Assembly: GCA_033853695.1 (NCBI GenBank)
Contig: JAWOLH010000014.1
Span: forward strand, 68,795 to 132,794
Direction of reading: 5' to 3'
Length of the DNA: 64,000 bases
DNA from: Gemmatimonadales bacterium
GTDB taxonomy: Bacteria; Gemmatimonadota; Gemmatimonadetes; Gemmatimonadales; GWC2-71-9
The notes beneath the pieces are model-generated. The model had not been told where the DNA came from and made no database searches. It was given only the letters and a program-made list of their open reading frames with translations. Made by a program: the position numbers and the translations under genes. Within the stretch, counting starts at the first letter, position 1; each line of letters starts with the position of its first letter. Below are positions 1 to 8,822 of the stretch, piece by piece.

Positions 1-54
1 TCAGCTGCAGAATCGTCCACGGGCCCTCGCGCATGCAGCGAAGCTAGTTGTACA

Positions 55-1014
55 TTGGCGTCGATGCACATCACCGTGGTCTCGCACCACCGTCTTCCCG
101 TCAAGGGATATGGCGGCACCGAGCGGATCGTGGTGGCTCTCGTGCGCGGCCTGGCGGAGCTCGGTCATCGCGTCACCCTCATCGCTCAGCCCGGCACCAG
201 GATTCGCGAAGCGACGGTCGTCGAAGTGGCCGGATCGCGACTGCGCGATCCGGCGCTCGACCTGACGCCCTTCATCCCCAGGGACGCCGACATCGTGCAC
301 GCGCACCTCCCGGTGCGCCGGCTCCCGAAGGGGCCGCCCCTCCTCCAGACGATGCACGGCAACCTGAAGCACGGTGAGCCGGTGCCCCCCAACTGCATCT
401 TTCTCTCCAAGAACCACGCCGCACGCCACGGCGCCACGGCGTTCGTCTATAACGGACTCGATCCCAATGAATTCCTGTTCCAGACTACGAAGCACGACTA
501 CGATTTCTTCATCGGATCGCTGCACAGCGCGAAGGGCTACCACTGGGCGATCGAGGGAGCGAAGCGGACCAACCGCCGCCTGCTGATCGCCGGGGGGTGG
601 CGTCCGAGCTTCTCGATCAAGATTCGCTTCGTGGGCGAGGTCGACGGAAAGAAGAAGGCGGAGCTGTTGGCGGGCGCCCGATGTCTCTGGATGCCTGCCC
701 AATGGGACGAGCCGTTCGGCCTCACCACGATCGAGGCGCTGTTCTCCGGAACCCCCGTGCTCGGCACGCGGCGAGGTGCGTTGCCGGAAGTCATCACTCC
801 CGAGGTCGGGGCGTTGGGTGATACGCTCGAAGAGCTGGTCGAGGCCTCCCGCACCATCGCTTCACGCAAACCCGAAGCCTGCCGCGCTCACGCCGAACGC
901 TACTTCACGCAACGCAAAATGACCGAGACGTATCTCGAGGTCTATCGACGGTTCTGCTCGACCGGAACCGTGCCTCCCGGGACTCCGACTCCGTGGAGTC
1001 AGACGACTTCATAA
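55..1014 (+). CDS. Glycosyltransferase, GT4 family (GT-B fold)
   Basis: 319-aa ORF. N-term 'ITVVSHHRLPVKGYGGTERIVVALVRGLAELGH' and C-term 'EPFGLTTIEALFSGTPVLGTRRGALPEVI' look like the GT4 donor-binding region. Antisense ORF 1..702 rejected. Confidence 0.8.
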   Translation: MASMHITVVSHHRLPVKGYGGTERIVVALVRGLAELGHRVTLIAQPGTRIREATVVEVAGSRLRDPALDLTPFIPRDADIVHAHLPVRRLPKGPPLLQTMHGNLKHGEPVPPNCIFLSKNHAARHGATAFVYNGLDPNEFLFQTTKHDYDFFIGSLHSAKGYHWAIEGAKRTNRRLLIAGGWRPSFSIKIRFVGEVDGKKKAELLAGARCLWMPAQWDEPFGLTTIEALFSGTPVLGTRRGALPEVITPEVGALGDTLEELVEASRTIASRKPEACRAHAERYFTQRKMTETYLEVYRRFCSTGTVPPGTPTPWSQTTS

Positions 1015-1862
1015 TTTCGGAATTCGAATAGCCGGGCGCCGGTCAGCCGCTCGATCCAATCCGACACGTAGAAGCGCAGGTGCTCGGGACGGAAATGGCG
1101 CGGGCCGATCCGCCGCTCCGGGTCGATCATCCGCTCCCGCACCCACTCCTCTGCCGCACGCGGATGCGCGCCGGTGTAGGGCTTGAGCAGCGGCAACCAT
1201 TCCAGGTAGCCGCGCTCCTGCTCGCGGGCCGAGCGCTCCCGGCTCCAGGGATAGATCGTCTTCGAAATCTCGAGCTTTTCCCGGATCGCCCGCGCGGGCC
1301 GGGCCCAGCCGTAATGGAACATGCGCGCCCCGGTCGGCCGGGCGCGGATCCTCCGGAACTCGGGCCCGACGCGAAATCCCTGCGCCCCCTGATAGGGCCG
1401 GATGTCGTGTCCCAGCCGGATGCAGCGCACCTCGCGGCGGTACCAGCGCCGATTGGTGGCGATCACGTTGAAGCCGCCGTAGAAATGGAGGTAATCGACG
1501 AGCAGCCCCTCGATGCGCTGGTCCGCATCCCATGCGCGGGTCTTCTCGCGCAACAGCCGCGCTCCGCTCTCCTCGAGCACCTCGTCGGCCTGGATGTAGA
1601 TCCCCCACGACCCCCGGCACGCCGCCATCGCCTTGAGCGTTTCCTGCGACAACATCTCGTTCTTCTTGGTGAAGTCCCACACGCTGTCGAGGATGCGCAC
1701 GCGTGGGTCGTCGACCGACGCGACGAGGTCGCGGGTGTCGTCCTCCGATTTGCCCACGTTCACGACCACTTCGTCGCACACCTCGAGCACCGACCGGATC
1801 GCGGGAACGATCGGGAAGTCGAGCTTGACGGCGTTCCGGACGAGGGTGAAACCCGACAGCAT
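999..1862 (-). CDS. Putative glycosyltransferase (GT2-like)
   Basis: 287-aa ORF whose ATG shares TGATG with the stop of the upstream ABC exporter. 'FTLVRNAVKLDFPIVPAIRSVLEVCDEVVVNVGKSEDDT' and 'YIQADEVL' resemble GT2-like enzymes. Family call is from memory only. Confidence 0.5.
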   Translation of the reverse strand: MLSGFTLVRNAVKLDFPIVPAIRSVLEVCDEVVVNVGKSEDDTRDLVASVDDPRVRILDSVWDFTKKNEMLSQETLKAMAACRGSWGIYIQADEVLEESGARLLREKTRAWDADQRIEGLLVDYLHFYGGFNVIATNRRWYRREVRCIRLGHDIRPYQGAQGFRVGPEFRRIRARPTGARMFHYGWARPARAIREKLEISKTIYPWSRERSAREQERGYLEWLPLLKPYTGAHPRAAEEWVRERMIDPERRIGPRHFRPEHLRFYVSDWIERLTGARLFEFRNYEVV

Positions 1863-3667
1863 CAGGCGGCGGGCCCGAACTGCAGATCGTAGAGCCGCCG
1901 GTACAGCCCATCCCGGGAGAGCAGCGCGTCGTGCGAGCCGCGCTCCACGATGCGGCCCTCGGCGAGCACCACGATGTGATCGGCGTGCTGAACCGTGGTC
2001 AGGCGGTGCGCGATCACGAGCACCGTGCGGTGCTGCATCAGGCGGTCGATCGCTTCCTGCACGAGCCGCTCCGACTCGGTGTCGAGCGCGCTCGTCGCCT
2101 CGTCGAGGATCAGGATCGGCGGATCACGCAGCAGCGCGCGCGCGATCGCGATGCGCTGCCGCTGTCCGCCGCTGAGCCGCGTGCCGCGCTCGCCCAGCAC
2201 CGTATCGTAGCCTTCGGGGAGCCGCTCGATGAAATCGGCCGCATTCGCGGCACCGGCCGCCGCCTGGACCTCCGCGAGCGTCGCGCCCGGCCGTCCGTAC
2301 GCGATGTTGGCGAGCACGGTGTCATTCAGGAGAATCGTGTCCTGCGACACGATTCCCATGAGGCCGCGCAGCGAGCCGCGCGTGTACCGCGTGATCGGCA
2401 CGTCGTCGAACGTGATCACCCCGCTCGTCGGCTCGTAGAAACGCGGCAGCAGGTCGACGAGCGTCGTCTTCCCCGCCCCCGAGGGACCCACGATCGCGAC
2501 CACCTCACCCTTCTTCACTTCGAGATCGACGTCGCGCAGCACGGCGGCGTCCTGACCGTAGGCGAACGAGACGCCGCGGTAGGCGATCGTCCGCGTGAAT
2601 CGGGCGGGGCCTTCGCGCGGCCGGTCGACCTCTTCCGCCGGCAGGTCGAGCACCTCGAACACCCGCTCGGCGGCGGCCGTCGCGCCCGACATGATTCCCG
2701 GGTAATTGGCGATGCTCTTGATCGGCGAGTTGAGGCGCAGCGCCACGATGAGGAACGTGATCAGCTCCTCGGGTCCCAGCCCCCGCGTGGCGTGCAGCGC
2801 GAGCAGCGTCCCATACCAGAGGACCGCCACGATCATCATGCCGCCGAACACCTCGCTCACGGGGCTCGTGAGACTTGAGAACCGCTGCGCTCGGAGCACC
2901 CGCTTACGGTAGCGATTGGCGAGCGCCAGGAACCGCGAGCGCTCGAACGCCTCGGCGACGTACGCGCGCACCAGCTTCACCGAGCTGACCATCTCGCCGA
3001 CGTGGGCCGTCAGCTCCCCGCGCTCCGCGGCGACCTCGCGCGACCGGCGCCGCAGCCGCCGCACCAGTGGCCGGATTACGAAGAGCAGCACCGGGGCGAA
3101 CACCAGCGCCACGAGGGTGAGGCGCGGCGACAACCCGAGCATGATCGCGAGGTAGACGACGATCATCAGGATGTTCTGCAGCAGTGAGGCGAGCGCCGCG
3201 CTCACCGCCAGCTTCACCTGGTCGGTGTCGGTGATCAACCGCGCCACGGTCTGCCCCGCCCGGGTGCGCTGAAAGTAGCCAAGCGGCAGGGTCTGGAGGT
3301 GCGCGAAGAGACGCACCCGCAGGTCGCGTACGACGCCTTCCTGGATCACGACCGACCAGTACGCCGACAGATATTCGCATACGTTCTTGAGAATCAGCGC
3401 GGCGAGCAGCACGACTACCACGTTGCGGAGCGCCACCTCGGGCGCGCCGACCGCGAGGAACGGTCCCGCGATCTTTCCGAGGAGCACCTGCACCGCCGAT
3501 CCGCCCTCGGGGGCGATGGCCGGCTGGTGAAACAGCGTGCGGAGGAACGGGATCAGCAGGACGAACGTGAAGCCGTCGAGCACCGAAGCCACCACGGTCG
3601 CCGCGATCGTGGCGGCGAACAGCGTGGTGTAGGGGCGGAGCAACCGGAGGAGACGTCCCGCCGGCAT
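1862..3667 (-). CDS. ABC transporter, fused permease/ATPase (MsbA / lipid exporter-like)
   Basis: 601 aa. Hydrophobic N-terminal half, then Walker A 'GPSGAGKTT', signature 'LSGGQRQRIAIARA' and Walker B 'ILILDEATSALD'. Confidence 0.9.
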   Translation of the reverse strand: MPAGRLLRLLRPYTTLFAATIAATVVASVLDGFTFVLLIPFLRTLFHQPAIAPEGGSAVQVLLGKIAGPFLAVGAPEVALRNVVVVLLAALILKNVCEYLSAYWSVVIQEGVVRDLRVRLFAHLQTLPLGYFQRTRAGQTVARLITDTDQVKLAVSAALASLLQNILMIVVYLAIMLGLSPRLTLVALVFAPVLLFVIRPLVRRLRRRSREVAAERGELTAHVGEMVSSVKLVRAYVAEAFERSRFLALANRYRKRVLRAQRFSSLTSPVSEVFGGMMIVAVLWYGTLLALHATRGLGPEELITFLIVALRLNSPIKSIANYPGIMSGATAAAERVFEVLDLPAEEVDRPREGPARFTRTIAYRGVSFAYGQDAAVLRDVDLEVKKGEVVAIVGPSGAGKTTLVDLLPRFYEPTSGVITFDDVPITRYTRGSLRGLMGIVSQDTILLNDTVLANIAYGRPGATLAEVQAAAGAANAADFIERLPEGYDTVLGERGTRLSGGQRQRIAIARALLRDPPILILDEATSALDTESERLVQEAIDRLMQHRTVLVIAHRLTTVQHADHIVVLAEGRIVERGSHDALLSRDGLYRRLYDLQFGPAA

Positions 3668-3668
3668 C

Positions 3669-5252
3669 TCAGCGACCGCTCTGTTTCGCGCCGCGCGGAG
3701 TGAGCAGCGCGACCGGAAGAATCATCTCCTCCGGGCTGACGCCGCCGTGTAGAAACGAGCCGCGATAGCGTGCCTGGTACTCGCGCAGCTTGGTGGGATA
3801 GACGAAGAACCGGTCGCCCGCAGCGAGCAGCAGTCGCACGCCCAGTCCGTGGGACGGCAGTCCCCACGCCTTCAGATCCTCCACGCTGATCGCCGCCTCG
3901 GGATCCTCCGCGCGCAGGTCCTCGCCGAACTTATAGCGCAGGTTCGCGGTCGCGTCGCGCTTGGCGAACACGGTGGCCGGCGTCTCGCAGTGGATCGATC
4001 CGTGGTCGGTCGTGAGCAGTACCGTGACGCCGCGACGCTCGGCTTCGGACAGCGCGGCGCGCAGCGGTGAGCGCTCGAACCAGGTGCGGGTCAGGCCGCG
4101 CAGCGCCGCGGCGTCGCGCGCCACTTCGTACAGGATCGCGCTCTCGGAGCGCCCATGGGTGAGGAGGTCGATGAAGTTGAAGACGAGCGCCGTAACGCCG
4201 TCCTGGGCGAGGTGGGCCGGGAGACGCCGCAGCAGCTCGCCGCCGTCGGCCGCCGAAAAGAGCTTCTCGTAGCGCACCGGTACCGGGTGGCCCATCAAAT
4301 CCTCGAGCTGCTCCGCCAGGAGCTGCGGCTCGTAGGAGTTGAGGCTCTCGTCGTCGGAGGGCTGGCCCCACCAATCGGGATGGCGCGCGGCGATCTCCAT
4401 CGGAAACATCCCCGAGAAGATGGCGTTGCGCGAAAACGGCGTGGCCGTGGGCAGGATGCTGTAGTAGTACGACTCCTCGATGTCGAAGAGCGGCGTGACG
4501 AGATCCCGGATGACCTCCCACTGATCGAGCCGCAGGCAGTCCACGATCACGAGCATCGCGCGGTTCGAGGTCTGCAGGACCGGCACCAGAAACTCCGCGC
4601 CCACGTCCACCGACAGCGGCGGCCGGTCACCTTCGGGATGCGCCAGCCAGTTCGTGTAGTTCTTGCGAATGAACTCGGTGAAGTCCTTGCGCAGCCCGGC
4701 CTGCATCGTGGTGGCGGCCTCGGTGAGGCCCGGCTCGTTCCCTGACGACAGCCGCACTTCCCAGCGCGTCAGCTCCACCACCAGCTCAATCCATTCGCGC
4801 CAGGCGAGCGCCGACCCGCGCCGCGCCTCGAGCTCCCGGAAGCGCGTGACGAAATCGCGCGCCAGGTGCTGCTGTCGGATCCGGTCCCCTTCGACGAGCC
4901 GCGTGACCACGGAAAGGATCTGGCGCGGGTGCACCGGCTTGACGAGGTAATCGTCCACCTCGACGCCGATCGCTTCGCGCAGCACGCCGGAATCCTCGCT
5001 CTGCGTCACCATCACCACGGGCATCGCGGGATCGATGGCGCGAATCTCGGAGAGCAGCTCGAGCCCGCGCCGCCCCGGCATCTGCTCGTCGAGCAGCACG
5101 ACCGAGTACGGCTGGCGCCTGAGCAGGGCGAGGGCATCGTCGCCGTGCGCCGCCGGCTCCACCGCGAAGCCCTGATCTTCGAGAAACCGGCGGTGCGCGG
5201 CGAGGCCGTCGACTTCGTCGTCGACCCAGAGAATGGTCTTGGGACGCGGCAT
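3669..5252 (-). CDS. Response regulator receiver fused to PglZ (alkaline-phosphatase superfamily) domain, PorX-like
   Basis: 527 aa. Receiver 'ILWVDDEVD...VVLLDEQMPGRRGLELL...VVMVTQS...DYLVKP'. C-terminal half has 'LVIVDCLRLDQWE', 'LPTATPFSRNAIFSG' and 'LLTTDHGS', typical of PglZ/AP-superfamily metal and nucleophile sites. Confidence 0.8.
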   Translation of the reverse strand: MPRPKTILWVDDEVDGLAAHRRFLEDQGFAVEPAAHGDDALALLRRQPYSVVLLDEQMPGRRGLELLSEIRAIDPAMPVVMVTQSEDSGVLREAIGVEVDDYLVKPVHPRQILSVVTRLVEGDRIRQQHLARDFVTRFRELEARRGSALAWREWIELVVELTRWEVRLSSGNEPGLTEAATTMQAGLRKDFTEFIRKNYTNWLAHPEGDRPPLSVDVGAEFLVPVLQTSNRAMLVIVDCLRLDQWEVIRDLVTPLFDIEESYYYSILPTATPFSRNAIFSGMFPMEIAARHPDWWGQPSDDESLNSYEPQLLAEQLEDLMGHPVPVRYEKLFSAADGGELLRRLPAHLAQDGVTALVFNFIDLLTHGRSESAILYEVARDAAALRGLTRTWFERSPLRAALSEAERRGVTVLLTTDHGSIHCETPATVFAKRDATANLRYKFGEDLRAEDPEAAISVEDLKAWGLPSHGLGVRLLLAAGDRFFVYPTKLREYQARYRGSFLHGGVSPEEMILPVALLTPRGAKQSGR

Positions 5253-5285
5253 GCGCGTAAGCTATCGATATCATACCTTTTTTGC
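5253..5285. promoter_or_regulatory. 33-bp AT-rich divergent intergenic region with 8-bp palindrome TATCGATA
   Basis: Sequence gcgcgtaagctatcgatatcataccttttttgc (14 G+C of 33 by hand count) lies between the ATG of the PorX-like gene (5252, minus) and the GTG of the GT9 gene (5286, plus). Confidence 0.4.
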
Positions 5286-6287
5286 GTGAAGTGTTTCCTT
5301 CTCGTTCGCTTCAGCTCCATCGGCGACGTGCTGCTGACCACCCCCCTCGTGCGAGTGCTGCGCGCGCGGCACCCCGATGCCCGCCTCGTGTTCGTCACCA
5401 AGCGGGCCATGGCCCCGCTCGTCGCCGATAACCCCCACCTGTCCGACGTCGTAGCACTCGAGCCTGGCGAGTCGATCCCGTCGCTGGCGCGCCGGCTCGC
5501 CGCCCTGACCCCGACGCGGGGGCTCGATCTGCACGGGTCGCTCCGCAGCACGGCGCTGCGCCTCCTCGTCCGCTGCCACTGGCACGGCTACTCGAAACGG
5601 AAGTTCGCCCGCGCCGTGCTCGTATCCACGAAGATCGATCTGTACCGCCGGCCCACTCCCGTACCGGTCGCCGAGCGGTATTTCGAGGCGGCCCGGGGCC
5701 TGAACGTCCAGCCCGACGGCGCCCCACCGGAGTTTGGCATCGGTCGGGCCGCGACCGAGTGGGCCGAGCGCTGGCTGGACGAGCAGGGATTGGGACACCG
5801 GCGCTTCGCCGTGCTCGCGCCCGGGGCCGCCCACTTCACGAAACGGTGGCCGCTCGATCACTGGAGGGCGGCGGCGGAGCGATTGCGCGAGCGCGGTCTG
5901 GCGTTGGTGACGGTGGGGAGCGCGGTCGACCGACCGCTGGGCGAGGCACTCGCATCCCTCGCCATCAACGCGGCCGGTGTCTCGTCGCTCCAGGAAACGG
6001 GAGCGCTCCTGGCCCGCGCGCGTTTCCTGATCTCGGGCGACACCGGAGTCATGCACATGGCGACGGGCGTAGGGACGCCCGTCGTGGCGCTGTTCGGTCC
6101 CACTGTCCGCCAGTTCGGCTTCTATCCCTATCACGGGCGGACCGTGATCCTCGAGCGCCCGCTCGATTGCCGCCCCTGCTCCGTGATGGGAGGGCCCCGC
6201 TGTCCCATGGGGCATCATCGCTGTCTCGTCGACATCGGTACTGACGAGGTGATGGGCGCGGCGCGGCAGCTCGGACTGGTCGCGTGA
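5286..6287 (+). CDS. Glycosyltransferase family 9 (LPS heptosyltransferase-like)
   Basis: GTG 5286 chosen because homology begins at 'KCFLLVRFSSIGDVLLTTPLVRVLRARHP'. GT9 C-terminal motif 'LISGDTGVMHMATGVGTPVVALFGPT'. The 4866-5285 part of the tracked ORF is antisense to the PorX-like gene. Confidence 0.8.
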   Translation: MKCFLLVRFSSIGDVLLTTPLVRVLRARHPDARLVFVTKRAMAPLVADNPHLSDVVALEPGESIPSLARRLAALTPTRGLDLHGSLRSTALRLLVRCHWHGYSKRKFARAVLVSTKIDLYRRPTPVPVAERYFEAARGLNVQPDGAPPEFGIGRAATEWAERWLDEQGLGHRRFAVLAPGAAHFTKRWPLDHWRAAAERLRERGLALVTVGSAVDRPLGEALASLAINAAGVSSLQETGALLARARFLISGDTGVMHMATGVGTPVVALFGPTVRQFGFYPYHGRTVILERPLDCRPCSVMGGPRCPMGHHRCLVDIGTDEVMGAARQLGLVA

Positions 6288-6664
6288 GCAGTGTGGGTGC
6301 TGTGACGGCAAGCGAAGCGCGCCTCGTGGCACTCGCGGCGGAAGCGGAACGAGGTCCGCGCCGCGATGGGCTCTACGCCCTCTGGCTCACCTTGCGCGTC
6401 GCCGAGTCGCTCCTGCCCCCGGATCCCGTCAGCCTCAAGAATCACCGCCGCCGCCTCGTGGCACTCGAGCACCGCCTCGGTGGTCTGGCGCTCCCCGCTC
6501 CCCTGAAGCGCGCCCTCGCCGCGGCCCGGTCCCAGCTCGAGCCCGGGACCCCGGCCGCCGCCGCGCTGGTGCTCGCCCAGCTCGTCGCGCCCTGCCGTGA
6601 GGTGCTCGGACCCGAAGCGGCCGAGGCGGTCGCCGCCGCGGCACGGGACGCCCGCTTACATTAG
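6284..6664 (+). CDS. Hypothetical Ala/Leu-rich protein (126 aa)
   Basis: GTG overlaps the GT9 stop (GTGA). No recognisable motif. Supported only by position and coding-like composition. Confidence 0.35.
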   Translation: MSSVGAVTASEARLVALAAEAERGPRRDGLYALWLTLRVAESLLPPDPVSLKNHRRRLVALEHRLGGLALPAPLKRALAAARSQLEPGTPAAAALVLAQLVAPCREVLGPEAAEAVAAAARDARLH

Positions 6665-6672
6665 TCCCTGAG

Positions 6673-7545
6673 ATGAGCACGCGCCGCCTCCCACGCCGTC
6701 CGTCGCTCGAGTCCCTGGTGGAGCGGGTGGACGCGCACCCGCCCGGTGCGGTGCCGGGCGATACCGTCCCCACCGGATTCCCTTCCGTTGATCGCCTGCT
6801 GGGCGGGGGTCTGCGGCGCCGCGACCTCGTCGTACTCGGCGGCGACGTCGGCTCCGGCAAGTCGGCGCTGGCCCTCGGGCTCGCCCTGCGCGTCGCCCAG
6901 CAGCCGCTCGGCGTCGCCTTCCTCTCGGGCGAGATGGATGAGGAGCGCCTGATGGAGCGCGCGCTCGCGATCGAGGGTCGTGTCGCGGTGGATGAGCTGC
7001 GCTCGGCCGGGCTGAGCGATCAGATGCGCGCCGGCGTGGGCGCGGCCGCCGTGCGGCTGCGCGGGCTCCCCCTGTCTCTGCTGCCGCTCACGTCGCCGGA
7101 TCTCGAGGGCGCGCTCGGCCTGCTCGACCGCCTCGGTCCCCTGGCCCTCGTCGTCGTCGATTACCTGCAGCTCGTCCCACCGCCCGCGGATGCCGCGTCG
7201 GGCGTGCAGGACGAGGAGATGGCGACGGTGCTGCGCCGCCTCAAGGCGTTCGCGCTCGAGCGCGACGTAACGGTGCTCGTCGTCGCCCAGCTGCCGCGCT
7301 TCGCCCCCGGCCGCTCGAATCTGCGCCCCCAGCTCGACGACTTCGGTCACCTCGGCGCCGTGAAGCAGCACGCCGATGTCGTGCTCGGCCTGTTCCGCGA
7401 GGAGATGTATCACCCGGGGTACGGCGTGGACGGCGCGACGGAGCTGATCGTCGCGAAGAATCGCAACGGCCCTACCGGATTCGTGGACCTCTACTTCTAC
7501 CGGCGGTGGATGCGGTTCGAAGACATGGTGGATCCGGACCGGTGA
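6673..7545 (+). CDS. DnaB-like helicase C-terminal (RecA-fold ATPase) domain protein, no DnaB N-terminal domain
   Basis: 290 aa. 'PTGFPSVDRLLGGGLRRRDLVVLGGDVGSGKSALALGLA' (Walker A), 'FLSGEM', 'LVVVDYLQLV' (Walker B), 'VVAQLPR...LRPQLDDFGHLGAVKQHADVVLGLFREEMY', 'LIVAKNRNGPTG'. This is collinear with DnaB motifs H1-H4. Confidence 0.75.
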   Translation: MSTRRLPRRPSLESLVERVDAHPPGAVPGDTVPTGFPSVDRLLGGGLRRRDLVVLGGDVGSGKSALALGLALRVAQQPLGVAFLSGEMDEERLMERALAIEGRVAVDELRSAGLSDQMRAGVGAAAVRLRGLPLSLLPLTSPDLEGALGLLDRLGPLALVVVDYLQLVPPPADAASGVQDEEMATVLRRLKAFALERDVTVLVVAQLPRFAPGRSNLRPQLDDFGHLGAVKQHADVVLGLFREEMYHPGYGVDGATELIVAKNRNGPTGFVDLYFYRRWMRFEDMVDPDR

Positions 7546-8708
7546 GCGGAGTGCGCCGCGGGGGGATCGCCCTGCTCCTCGGCCTCGCCGCGGCGTGCAG
7601 CGATCGCACGACCGCGCCCCAGCCCCCGGTGGCGTCCTCCGTCCGCCTCGCGCCGTTCGACTCTGGCTACGACTTTTCCCTCTTCCTCGCCGCCCCGCCG
7701 GGCGACACGACGCGCCTCTTCGTCGTGGAGCGAGGCGGACGGATCCGGCTCCGCAAGCACGGCGTCCTCCAGGACTCGGCCTATCTGAATCTCACCTCGG
7801 TGACGGGTCTGGGGCACGAATACGGCGTGTACAGCATGGCGTTCCATCCCCAGTACGCGAGCAACGGCCGGGTGTTCGTCTACTATGTCGACAACAACGC
7901 CGACACGCGGGTCGTGGAGTATCACGCCGACGCCTCGTTCGATCATGCCGATCCCTCTCCAGTGCGCGTCATCCTCGCACAGGCCCAGGACTCGAATGCC
8001 GTGCTGTATGGCGGCCAGGTCGGCTTCGGTCCCGACGGCAAGTTCTACATCGCGCTGGGCGACGGCCCGGCGGGCGGCGATCCGTTGAGTCACGCGCAGG
8101 ACAGCACCTCCCTGATCGGCAAGATCCTGCGCGTGGACGTCGATGCCGGGACGCCGTATGCGATCCCCACCGACAACCCCTACGTGGGACGAGCGGGATG
8201 GCGACCCGAGATCTGGCAGCTCGGGGTGCGCAACCCCTGGCGCTGGAGCTTCGATCGCAAAACGGGTGACTTTTGGTTCGGGGATGTCGGCGAGGCGAGC
8301 TGGGAGGAGATCGACTTTCTGCCCGCTCCGGTTGTGGGCGGCAACAATTTCGGCTGGCCCTTCATGGAGGGCACCCACTGTTACCAGCCCTACATCAACT
8401 GCCCGACCGCGGGGCTGGTACTGCCGGTATGGGAGTACCCGCACTCACCCGCCTGCGCCGTCATGGGAGGCTACGTCTATCGTGGCAAGGCATTCCCCGA
8501 GCTCGACGGCACCTACTTCTACGGGGACTACTGCGGCGGCTGGGTGCGCTCGCTGAGATTCAACGGCGCGACGCTGATCGAGCCGTACCCCGCGCTCGCG
8601 TCTCCACTGATCAACGACAACCCGGTCTCGTTCGGCGAGGATGCGGCGGGCGAGCTGTACGTCGTGATGGCCTCAGGACGAATCTACCGGATCGAGGCCG
8701 TCCGCTAG
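7542..8708 (+). CDS. PQQ-dependent sugar (glucose/sorbosone) dehydrogenase family beta-propeller, probable lipoprotein
   Basis: 'YSMAFHPQYASNGRVFVYY', 'GGQVGFGPDGKFYIALGDG', 'GKILRVD', 'EIWQLGVRNPWRWSFD', 'GDVGEASWEEID', 'GGNNFGWP'. GTG 7542 (GTGA with upstream stop) gives 'GIALLLGLAAAC'. ATG 7506 is an alternative start. Confidence 0.8.
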   Translation: MSGVRRGGIALLLGLAAACSDRTTAPQPPVASSVRLAPFDSGYDFSLFLAAPPGDTTRLFVVERGGRIRLRKHGVLQDSAYLNLTSVTGLGHEYGVYSMAFHPQYASNGRVFVYYVDNNADTRVVEYHADASFDHADPSPVRVILAQAQDSNAVLYGGQVGFGPDGKFYIALGDGPAGGDPLSHAQDSTSLIGKILRVDVDAGTPYAIPTDNPYVGRAGWRPEIWQLGVRNPWRWSFDRKTGDFWFGDVGEASWEEIDFLPAPVVGGNNFGWPFMEGTHCYQPYINCPTAGLVLPVWEYPHSPACAVMGGYVYRGKAFPELDGTYFYGDYCGGWVRSLRFNGATLIEPYPALASPLINDNPVSFGEDAAGELYVVMASGRIYRIEAVR

Positions 8709-8822
8709 CACGCGCGGGCCCGCCGTGGCGGGGCCGGAGGGTCGAGTTACCGTTATACGAGGCCGGGACGCTATGTTTTACGCGGCGTCGTGCCGTCGTA
8801 GCGTCCTGCAACGGGGTTGTCT

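Noticed and set aside
1-702. 233-aa minus-strand ORF reaching the window edge
   Set aside because: It lies antisense to a glycosyltransferase with clear GT4 motifs. Its product is Arg/Gly/Pro-rich with no motif, which is typical of shadow ORFs in GC-rich DNA.
3669-5252. PglZ domain as a marker of a BREX/DISARM-type phage defence island
   Set aside because: The PglZ domain is fused to a CheY receiver (PorX architecture). None of the other BREX or DISARM genes (methyltransferase PglX, BrxA/B/C/L, helicase, PLD nuclease) is present within the flanking 10 kb, which carries LPS/glycan genes instead.
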